DNA of 64,000 nucleotides, taken from contig NC_043026.1 of NCBI RefSeq assembly GCF_006345805.1, positions 7,936,001 to 8,000,000 of the forward strand. The letters run 5' to 3'. A program made the position numbers and the translations under genes. How positions within the stretch are numbered: position 1 is the stretch's first letter; every line of letters begins with the position of its first letter. Below, piece after piece: positions 11,440-20,987 of this stretch. The notes below the pieces were generated by a model, which did not search any database, was not told where the DNA came from, and saw only the letters and a list, made by a program, of their open reading frames with translations. This stretch comes from Octopus sinensis. Lineage: Eukaryota.

Positions 11440-13405
11440 AATGATTTAGCCCGAAGGCCGCGGCCATGCTGGGGCACCACCACTGAATGAGCTACACTAA
11501 TATGTGAATCCACCTCTGATACGTGGCACTTGGTCAACAAAGGAGTTCGATGCCGCTGCCCGCATCTGCGTCTCTTGTCGTGAGGTAGGTTCATCTGGGA
11601 CCCCCGACAAGAAGAGATTCAGTTTAATTTTAAGAAACCCACATCTACACCATGTAAGTCTCTCAGGCATTTAGGGAGGATGTTGAAGAGCTGTGGTCCT
11701 CTGAAACCCAAGCTGTTTCAGTATCTGGTCCTGTATTTTGATGGTGATGTTGGAATCTTTGACACCATGCAGTGGCACCCCATTCTGCAGTTGGGGTAAC
11801 TTTGAATGCCAAAGTTTGGGACAAGACCCTCCAGGATTTTCCAGATGTATATCACTGCATATCTCTCCTGCCTTCGCTCTAGGGAGAAGAGTTTTAATAC
11901 TTTCAGTCTTTCCCAGTAGCTGATATGTTGCATTGAGACGATCTTCTTTGTGTAGCTTCTCTGAATTGCTTCGAGTTCTGCTGTTAGTTTTATATTGTGT
12001 GGTGACCATATTTGGGAGCAGTAGTCCAAGCGGCTGAGGACGAAAGTTTTCCACAGGACCATCAGTGTCTCCTTCTCTCTTGTTCTGAAAGTTCGGAGAA
12101 TCCATCCAGCTAGCCGTCTGCATTTTATCACCAGATTAGCAATATGCATTTGGAAAGATGCATCATTGCTCATGTCAATGCCCAGGTCACACACTGATTT
12201 TGACTCAGGGATTGCAATTCTTCCCAGGCCAGTGTATCCAGTCTGCACGTCGTTTACCTTTGTGTGCCGGTAGCGCAGGGCCTGGAACTTCCCTGCATTA
12301 AACTGCATGTTGCTGTCCTCAGTCCACCTGTATATTGCATCCAACTGCCATTGCAGATGTGCAATATTTCCAGGGTTTTGTATTGTGTGGGGGACTTTTG
12401 TGTCATCTGCATAGCTAGCAAGGGTGGCCATCTTAGCAACTAAGGGCATGTCTGAAAGGGCCACTATGAACAGCAGTGGCCCCAAGACAGTGCCCTGTGG
12501 AACACCACATGTTATTCGTGTTTCCTTGGAGATGGTTCCATTGGTCACACCTGCCTGCCTTCTATCTTTTAAGAAGTTGTGCAGCCACTCTCCAAGTTTT
12601 CCGCCTATGCCGAGACCACGCAGTTTGTGACAGATCATACCATGGTCGACTTTATCAAAGGCTTTTGCAAAGTCAAGATATATCACATCTACATTTGAGC
12701 CATTTTGTAGCTGTTTTAACACCCAGTCATAGTGTTGCAGGAGCTGTGTTAGGCAGCTTCTACCTGGTCGAAATCCATGCTGGGTGTCAGTCAGCAAGTC
12801 ATTTTCTTCAAGGAACATGATTAGTTTCTTGCGGACTATTCATTCCATGACTTTGCTGATGTGTGAGGTCAGAGAGATAGACCTATAATTTTTAGCATCT
12901 GCTCTGCTACCTCCCTTATGGATAGGGCATATTACCCCCTCTTTCAATTTGGCTGGGAGCTTACCACTTGCAAGAAAGCTCTGAAAAAGAAGCTGTAGCA
13001 GTTTTGCAAGGGCTCATTTGCACGATTTGCGAAGGATTGCTGGAAATCCATGAGGTCCAGCAGCTGAGTTTGTATCAATCTCATCTATGGCGAGTGTGAT
13101 ATCATCATCTTCAATGTTGATGTATTCAATTTTTGCCTCTTTGGCTACAGGTAAAGTGGCAAAGAATTCTTCTGGGTTGTTTACTTGCCTGTGTCCTAGA
13201 GGTGTAGTGAACACACTTTGGAACTGTTCGTTCAGTATTTCACTTATCCTCATGGGATTTTCCGTGAGGGAGCCATCTTCTTTAAGAGAGGTCCTATTCT
13301 CTGGTGCACTGCGGCTGTCTCTTTGGCAAACTTAAAGAAAGCTTTAGGGTTTGACTTTATATTTTCTATTACCCAAGCTTCTTTATCTGCTCTCTCCTTT
13401 TCATG
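11440..13405 (-). mobile_element. CR1-group LINE, 5'-truncated, RT domain largely open
   Basis: ORF 11718-12818 has QHGFRPGRSCLTQLL, YLDFAKAFDKVDH, GVPQGTVLGPLLF and YADDTK; linker ORFs 13014-13253 and 13250-13400; 3' tail GGTGCCCCAGCATGGCCGC. Confidence 0.95.
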
Positions 13406-13446
13406 AGACTGTATGTGTATACACATATACATATACATATATATAC

Positions 13447-13530
13447 AACGGGAAGCTTTATGAAAATAGACAAAAGACGAAGGCAGGTGGAAAACAAACA
13501 AACAATTGTATTAGTATGGCGCTCAGGAAA
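13447..13530 (-). mobile_element. Fragment of the Penelope-associated terminal repeat also present at 58755-58925
   Basis: ACGGGAAGCTTT...GACAAAAGACGAAGGCAGGTGG...TATTAGTATGGCGCTCAGGAAATATAAAT occurs at both loci. Confidence 0.7.
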
Positions 13531-13577
13531 TATAAATAAAACAAGTCTTTATATATGTATATATATATATATATATC

Positions 13578-13615
<38 letters not shown>

Positions 13616-13632
13616 CATATATATAATACATA

Positions 13633-13699
<67 letters not shown>

Positions 13700-13954
13700 A
13701 TACACACATGAAATTTAAATGTTGAAAAAAAGTGCTGTGTACATTTAGGTAACCTCTGTATATTATGATTCATTCTTACAAAATTGTTGACACACGCACA
13801 CAAACACACATACACATAACCATAGTCACACACACTTCCATAAAACCACATACACATCAGCTACACACACACACACACACACACACACACCAATTTTTTC
13901 CTGTTGTTCGACATTTAAATTTGCCAAAATAAGAGCAAACGTTGGGGGAGTGGG

Positions 13955-14790
13955 AGGTGGTGGTGGTGGTGGTGATGGTGGTGGTGGTGGTGGTGATTGT
14001 TGGTAGTGCTGTTAGTATGGTAGTGATGGTGGTGGTGATGGTGGTTGTTGTTGTTGTTGTTGGTGGTGGTGGTGATGATGATTGTGGTGATGGTGGTGGT
14101 GGTGGTGGTAGTGGTGGTGTTGGTGGTGGTGGTAGTGGTGGTGAGGATGATTGTGGTGATGGTGGTGGTAGTGGTGGTAGTGGTGGTGTTGGTGGTGGTG
14201 GTAGTGGTGGTGTTGGTAGTGGTGGTGATGATGATTGTGGTGATGGTGGTGGTGGTGGTGGTAGTGGTGGTGTGGTGGTGGTGGTAGTGGTGGTGAGGAT
14301 GATTGTGGTGATGGTGGTGGTGGTGGTGGTGGTGGGTGGTGGTGGTGGGTGGTGGTAGTGGTGGTGTTGGTAGTGGTGGTGAGGATGATTGTGGTGATGG
14401 TGGTGGTGGTGGTGGTAGTGGTGGGGTGGTGGTGGTGGTGGTAGTGGTGGTGTTGGTGGTGGTGTGTGGTGGTGGTAGTGGTAGTGGTGGTGGTGGTGGT
14501 GGTGGTGGTGGTGGTGTTGGTGGTGGTGTGGTGGTGGTAGTGGTAGTGGTGGTGGTGGTGTTGGTGGTGGTGGTGGTGGTGGTGGTGTGTTGGTGGTGGT
14601 GAGGATGATTGTGGTGATGGTGGTGGTGGTGGTGGTGGTAGTGGTGGTGGTGGTGTTGGTGGTGGTGGTGGTGGTGAGGATGATTGTGGCAATGGTGGTG
14701 GTGGTGGTGGTGATAGTGGTGGTGGTGGTGGTGGTAGTGGTGGTCATTGTTGGTGGTGGTGGTGGTCATTGTATTGTTGGTGTTGATGTT
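13955..14790. repeat. (GGT)n-based compound microsatellite with higher-order GATGATTGTGGTGATGGT motifs
   Basis: Simple repeat visible directly. Confidence 0.95.
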
Positions 14791-15457
14791 GCTCGTATTT
14801 AACCTCAGGCATCTTCTAACTGGACACTACTGAACCATAACTATGTTTCTGTCATGATCTCATGTGGCCCCGTATGGTCATAACCCATTACAGGGTTTCT
14901 GCACCGACTCTGAACAAAATAAGGCACTTGACTGCCATCTCTAGCACCTTCAGAGTCCACATAGTAACTCAATCAATTACCGACTCTAATGAGTATAGAT
15001 GCATTTGTGCAGTGGCTGTGTATACCTGAGGATGGAAAGTAGTTTTATAGACAGCCAGGATGAAGGAATATGGCCTAGTAGTTAAAGATGTTGGCCCTAC
15101 AATCGGAAAGTCTTAGGTTCAATTCCTGTGCCAGCCAGAATGATACATTTTTCCGCAAGGCACTATATTACTTCAGTATATTCAGCCATAAATGAGTATC
15201 AGTCTGTTGCCAGTGCTCAGGTGAGAGCTGAAGTGTAACCTTGTCCTTTTGTGATTAATGTGGGCCCTAAAACAGTTAACAGGGGCTAATAGGAAGTAGT
15301 TGCTTCCGAGTGATAGGGTGAACATTCTTGAGAAGCAGTTGCTGTTGTAGTAGTAGTTTGTAAGAGATAAGGAGTGGACAAATCCATTGTGGTCAATTTG
15401 CTTTTTATGTCCAATCATTTCATATTTGGACCTTCTATAAGCCGAGAAGCCCCAAGG

Positions 15458-16478
15458 TGGTAGAAGTGTGAGCAGAGGCAGGGCAAAATGCTGGTAGAAT
15501 TGTGAGCAGAGGCTGGGCAAAATGCTGGTAGAATTGTGAGCAGAGGCAGGGCAAAATGCTGGTAGGATTGTGAGCAGAGGCTGGGCAAAATGCTGGTAGA
15601 ATTGTGAGCAGAGGCAGGGCAAAATGCTGGTAGAATTGTGAGCAGAGGCAGGGTAAAATGCTGGTAGAGTTGTGAGCAGAGGCACAGCAAAATGCTGGTA
15701 GAATTGTGAGGAGAGGCTGGGCAAAATGCTGGTAGAATTGTGAGCAGAGGCTGGTCAAAATGCTGGTAGAATTGTGAGCAGAGGCAGGGTAAAATGCTGG
15801 TAGAATTGTGAGCAGAGGCAGGGTAAAATGCTGGTAGAATTGTGAGCAGAGGCTGGGCAAAATGCTGGTAGAATTGTGAGCAGAGGCTGGGCAAAATACT
15901 GGTAGAATTGTGAGCAGAGGCAGGGTAAAATGCTGGTAGAATTGTGAGCAGAGACTGGGCAAAATGCTGGTAGAATTGTGAGCAGAGGCAGGGTAAAATG
16001 CTGGTAGAATTGTGAGCAGAGGCTGGGCAAAATGCTGGTAGAATTGTGAGCAGAGACTGGGCAAAATGCTGGTAGAATTGTGAGCAGAGGCTGGGCAAAA
16101 TGCTGGTAGAATTGTGAGCAGAGACTGGGCAAAATGCTGGTAGAATTGTGAGCAGAGGCAGGGTAAAATGCTGGTAGAATTGTGAGCAGAGGCTGGGCAA
16201 AATGTTGGTAGAATTGTGAGCAGAGACAGGGCAAAATGCTGGTAGAATTGTGAGCAGAGGCAGGGTAAAATGCTGGTAGAATTGTGAGCAGAGACTGGGC
16301 AAAATGCTGGTAGAATTGTGAGCAGAGGCTGGGCAAAATGCTGGTAGAATTGTGAGCAGAGGCTGGGCAAAATGCTGGTAGAATTGTGAGCAGAGGCTGG
16401 GCAAAATGCTGGTAGAATTGTGAGCAGAGGCTGGGCAAAATGCTGGTAGAATTGTGAGCAGAGGCTGGGCAAAATGCT
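15458..16478. repeat. 34-bp minisatellite, about 30 copies (GCAGAGGCTGGGCAAAATGCTGGTAGAATTGTGA)
   Basis: Head-to-tail units with no spacers; a few variant positions. Confidence 0.97.
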
Positions 16479-16784
16479 GCGCTCTTTTTGTTTGTTTGTG
16501 TATGCACATATATGTGTGTATGTATGTATGTATGTATGTATGTATGTATGTATGCGTGTATATGTGTATGCATGTTTGTGTGTGTGTATGCATATATGTA
16601 TTTTGCATATTCTTGTGTGTGTGTGCCTCTGTCCCCTTGTGTGTGCATGTGTACCTATGTACCTATCAATCTGTATGTCTATCTGCTTACATTCATATCC
16701 ATTTATCTACATAGATATGCATGCACACACACACACACACACACACATTCATCTACATAACAGCCCACTAACTATTCTATCTGC

Positions 16785-16847
<63 letters not shown>

Positions 16848-16874
16848 TAAACTGTGGGTGTTGAGGTATGATAT

Positions 16875-17289
16875 TTATTATGCATATTTCCTGTTTAGTA
16901 TTGGGGAAGTTTCATTTTTGAGGATGTACTCCTGTATTTGTTTGAGTGCTGGGTCCTTTGGGTGCTTGGATGAAATGCGGATGTTAAGTTGACCCAGGTT
17001 GCCTCTATGTTGGTCCTTGGTATGTTGGTAGAGTATGGAGGACTGTTTTTTGTCGTCATATTGTCTCAAATGTTCATTCAATCTTTCCACAATTCTCTCA
17101 GATGTCTCACCTATGTATGTCATCTTCTTGTCTTTACAAGCACCTTCTATGCACCTTATGCTGTAGACAACATCTCCAGTTCTACAGTTAATGCCGGGGT
17201 TAATCCTACATACCATGCAGTTATCATTGGTGCAAATGGTATTCTGAAGGTTGTGATCTGCTGGAGTTCTCTGGCTTTTCAAAGATCTT
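16875..17289 (-). mobile_element. Penelope-like element GIY-YIG endonuclease region (inverted copy)
   Basis: ORF 16878-17282 VVYSIRC...TYIGETSERIVERLNEH...ILYQH...LKQIQE is a PLE GIY-YIG pattern. Confidence 0.85.
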
Positions 17290-18466
17290 AATGGCTGGCC
17301 TCTTCTTGACCTCGTGGGACAGAAAACTTAAACAGTGCTTAGCAACTCTTTTACTTTACAGCAGGTATGTAGACGACATTCACATTCTCGTTAAGACCAA
17401 CTCTATTAACGATAATCTAGAGACTGAGAGGAACAAATTAGAGAGCATCCCACGTGTAGCTAACTCCATCCACCAAAGTATCTAGGTAAGCATAGATTAC
17501 TCCACTATGCACCCCAACGACAGACTCCTTGTCCTTGATACTGAAACTTGGTTAGAGACTGTGAACAACAGAGGGCAGCTCCTCCACTCCGGTTACATGA
17601 AACCCATGGCTTAGAAATATGTTGTTCACAAGAACCCAGCTTTGTCACACAACATGGAAATCAACATACTGATAGAAGACTTAGGGTAATAAACAACATG
17701 TCCCCACTGTGCAAACCCTATGAAACGAAGAAACATGTACAGAACTTCATGCACTGCATGCAGTCCTCTGGACATGGTCAGAAAGATAGGGTCCGAGTAT
17801 CCAGCGGGGCTAGAAAGAAATTAGATAACATTATATGTAATGATACCAGTGGTACCTGCCCTAGATATAGAAACAAAGACTGGAATAGGATACAAAGAAA
17901 TTGTGACAAAGCAAACAGGCTGAACACATGGTAGAAGGCCAACAAGTAGGGGTCACAGCCCATGGAGAAGTTGCCCATAGATTTAGGAAAGCTGTGAAGG
18001 AGGCCAAGGTCAACAGTAAGATCGTTGAAAAGCCAAGGAGCTCCATCAGATCACAACTATGTAGGATGTACCCGCTTTGAGAATACCATTTGCACCAGTG
18101 ATAACTGCATGGTATGTAGGATGATCATAGATAAAGGCAGCGAGTTGGCAGAAACGTTAGCACGCTGGGCGAAATTCTTAGCGGTATTTCGTCTGTCTTT
18201 ACGTTCCGAGTTCAAATTCCGCCGAGGTCGACTTTACCTTTCATCCTTTCGGGGTCGATTAAATAAGTACCAGTTACGCACTGGGGTCGATATAATCGAC
18301 TTAATACCTATGTCTGTCCTTGTTTGTACCCTCTGTGTTTAGCCCCTTGTGGGTAGTAAAGAAATAGGTATGTAGGATTAACCCCGGCATTAACTGTAGA
18401 ACTGGAGATGTTGTCTACAGCATAAGGTGCATAGAAGGTGCTTGTAAAGACAAGAAGATGACATAC
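17290..18466 (+). mobile_element. Penelope-like element RT/thumb-to-endonuclease fragment, interrupted by a SINE
   Basis: YSRYVDDIHIL in ORF 17291-17485; 18020-18120 and 18367-18466 are the reverse complement of about 17105-17289. Confidence 0.85.
18123..18366 (+). mobile_element. tRNA-derived SINE (family A) with a 12-bp TSD
   Basis: A/B-box head GGCAGCGAGTTGGCAGAAACG...GAGTTCAAATTCC; body CCTTTCATCCTTTCGGGGTCGAT; GGTATGTAGGAT at 18111-18122 and 18367-18378. Confidence 0.9.
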
Positions 18467-18469
18467 AAG

Positions 18470-18672
18470 TAGACTTGAGAATCGATTGTTGCATTAGGTG
18501 GTAACAATTCAAAGTGAATTACTCCTTTGCAATCCCACCAGACAAAGAGAAGAACCTTTTCCCCATGAAGTTCCCTTCTCGGTTGTGATTGAGCTTTTCC
18601 CCTTTTACCAGGCCACTGTTTACGACGTTTAACATTTCGGTAGAAAATCAGTTTTTTCGTCACCAGTCACAA
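18470..18672 (-). mobile_element. Mariner (Tc1/mariner DD34D-type) transposase fragment
   Basis: LVTGDEK / IFYRNVKRRKQW / LHGEKVLLFVWWDCKGVIHFELLPPNATIDS are mariner signature motifs; frameshifted. Confidence 0.85.
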
Positions 18673-18675
18673 GTG

Positions 18676-18905
18676 CGTTGGTGGGGGGAACAAACACAGA
18701 CACATAAACATATACACAGACATACGTACATACACACACACACACACATATTTTTTCGACGGACTTTCTGTCTACCAAATCTACTAACAAGATTTTTGTG
18801 CGTTCAAGGCTATAGTAGAAGACACTTGCCCAACGTGCCATGCGGTGGGACTGAACCCGGAACCATGTGGTTGGTAAGCAAGCTACTGACAACACAGCCA
18901 CTCCT
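18676..18905 (-). mobile_element. tRNA-derived SINE (family B), partial
   Basis: Head GGCTGTGTT...CCACATGGTTCCGGGTTCAGTCCC and GGGCAAGTGTCTTCTACTATAG, as at 25281-25692. Confidence 0.85.
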
Positions 18906-19623
18906 TATAAAAGAATTTCATTAAAGAGATTTTCCCCAACAAAGGAAGGAAAATGCACACATTTTATATCTACTTTTCAATATATATTTAAAGGATTGAT
19001 TATTATGATGGGTTTCGCGTTTCGCCAACCATGGCACTGAAGTTGGTGAAAATATTGCAGTTTTGTATTTTCTTTCGAAGTTTTTAGTCCACGATGTTTG
19101 TCTGAGAGTTTGGAAAGGAATCAGAATGTGGGACAGATGTAAGGGAGGTAATTGGTAATTGTTATTTTCTGAGACAGGGGAGGTAATTACTCCTTTAGCA
19201 AGGTAAATTTTGTACAGAGACTCATGAAGTAGTGAAATGAATTAATTTATCCAGTTTCGGTTAAGCGTTCATGAATTAGAATATTTACAAAACCCCCAAA
19301 TAGTTCTGTGTTGATATTCAGGCGCGGTTTCTATGTTTCAATAAATATATTTTCTTTATTCAATCTTTCTTGTACAAAAATTGTTTCATTTCACTTGTGG
19401 TTGGGGAAAACCGTGAAGTTTGGTTTCCCGGAACATCTCTCACTCTCTCTCTCTCTCTTGTTCACTCAGTGCTATCTGTCTATACCTTGGCAAACGTATC
19501 TGTTTCTTATAAAGTGAAGTTCTCCGTCTAAGGAATATCCTTGTTTGGCTTATAGAGTTGTGTCGACAACCTGAACAAGTTGTCAAATATATTTAATTCT
19601 CGGGAGCACAAGTGAAACTGGTC

Positions 19624-19878
19624 TTAAACCCGTTCCTGTCGAAATTTTTTCTCGTGAATGAAATTCCCTGGAAATGCACAAATACTCTTGTTTCGACCTA
19701 AATAACAATTCAAAAAAATTTCATTGAAATCCGTTTGATACAGACTGCATACGCGTTAAGAACATGTTTCATTCTTTGATACAAATCATACACAAATAAC
19801 AATTTGTATCAAGTATTTGTTTTACACCCTTATAAATTAAGGGTCAGTTTAAACGGTCGATCGGCATGAATGGGTTAA
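19624..19878. mobile_element. piggyBac-like MITE
   Basis: TTAA(A)CCCGTTCCTGTCGA ... TCGGCATGAATGGG-TTAA: imperfect TIRs starting with CCC and TTAA on both sides. Confidence 0.5.
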
Positions 19879-20393
19879 TTGCAAATCCTTGACCTTGTTT
19901 CACATGGAATTGTGAACCTTCCAGTAGAATGGGGCATGCTCCCTTATTTGGACGCCCGCATCTTTTAGATAATATTTCCGTTGTTGCTGGGTATAGCTTC
20001 GCATTCATCAGTAGACATTTTTAGGGGATTTAAGTTGTTTGTGATGGACTTGTGCATTTGTAGAAGGTGAATAATCTTTGGATCCCTGGTGAACATTGGT
20101 AGATTTTAAATAATGGTGTTGTATGTCTCATTGTATCGATATACAGGGTAATGTTTTTAGATGAGGTGTGTTTCAATTAGTGTTTCGATGCCTGTTTTCT
20201 TGGCACGTTTAATTCCATCATCCATAAGTGAGGGTGGATAGTGTCTCTCGGTTAGCGTTGTTCTCAGGTCTTCAATTCCTTGGTCCCGAGTAATCTGCAT
20301 CAGACACAATTGTGCAAGTACTTTTCGCTGAATTAAAAAGAATATATCTTCGGGTTTCCTGAGCGAAATAGAAGTCTGAGTCCGTTGGTTTCT

Positions 20394-20626
20394 TATTTCT
20401 TTATTGCCCACAAGGGGCTAAACATGGAGGGAACACAGCAGGACAGACAAAGGGATTAAGTCGATTATATCAACCCCAGTACGCAACTGGTACTTATTTA
20501 ATCAACCCCGAAAAGATGAAAGGCAAAGTTGACCTCGGCGGAATTTGAACTCAGAACGTAGCGGCAGACGAAATACCGCTAAGCATTTCGCCCGGCACGC
20601 TAACGTTTCTGCCAGCTCGCCGCCTT
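20394..20626 (-). mobile_element. tRNA-derived SINE (family A), 3' member of the SINE-U6-SINE cassette
   Basis: Full match to the 18123-18366 family. Confidence 0.9.
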
Positions 20627-20629
20627 TTT

Positions 20630-20736
20630 AAAAATATGGAACGCTTCACGAATTTTCGTGTCATCCTTACGCAGGGGCCATGCTAATCATCTCTGTATCG
20701 TTCCAATTTTAGTATATGTACAGCTGAAGCAAGTAC
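20630..20736 (-). ncRNA. U6: Full-length U6 snRNA copy, probably a retroposed pseudogene
   Basis: Minus strand GTACTTGCTTCAGCTGTACATATACTAAAATTGGAACGATACAGAGATGATTAGCATGGCCCCTGCGTAAGGATGACACGAAAATTCGTGAAGCGTTCCATATTTTT aligns end to end with U6 (ACAGAGA box, ISL, oligo-T end); a SINE rather than PSE/TATA lies upstream. Confidence 0.95.
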
Positions 20737-20739
20737 AAA

Positions 20740-20987
20740 ATACCTATTTCTTTATTACCCACAAGGGGCTAAACACAGAGGGGACAAACAAGAACAGACA
20801 TAGGTATTAAGTCGATTACATCGACCCCAGTGTGAAACTGGTACTTAATTTATTGAGCCCGAAAGGATGAAAGGCAAAGTCGACCTCGGCGGAATTTGAA
20901 CTCAGAACGTAGCGGCAGACGAAATACCGCTAAGCATTTCGCCCGGAGTGCTAACGTTTCTGCCAGCTCGCCGCCTTTTTCTCGCCG
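20740..20987 (-). mobile_element. tRNA-derived SINE (family A), 5' member of the SINE-U6-SINE cassette
   Basis: Full match to the 18123-18366 family. Confidence 0.9.

Noticed and set aside
11718-12818. 366-aa RT ORF as an active or domesticated gene
   Set aside because: The element is 5'-truncated with no endonuclease, and there are stops and frameshifts in the adjoining linker and C-terminal region
13857-14802. Pro/Thr/His- or Gly/Val-rich ORFs resembling extensin or mucin
   Set aside because: Pure (GGT)n microsatellite open in several frames on both strands; no splice or codon evidence
15458-16478. 34-bp repeat array as a CRISPR array, and the 397/345/297-aa ORFs across it as proteins
   Set aside because: Units are head-to-tail with no unique spacers, there are no cas genes and the context is eukaryotic; the ORFs are just a stop-free repeat read through rotating frames
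18134-18230. SINE heads as tRNA genes (also ~25620-25690, ~50000-50080, ~60845-60910)
   Set aside because: They continue into SINE bodies present in multiple copies and do not form complete cloverleaves
20630-20736. U6 copy as a functional snRNA gene
   Set aside because: No PSE/TATA upstream (a SINE abuts position +1); substitutions disturb the 5' stem-loop (UUCG to UUCA, unpaired U15) and the A after ACAGAGA; it lies inside a TSD-bounded insertion
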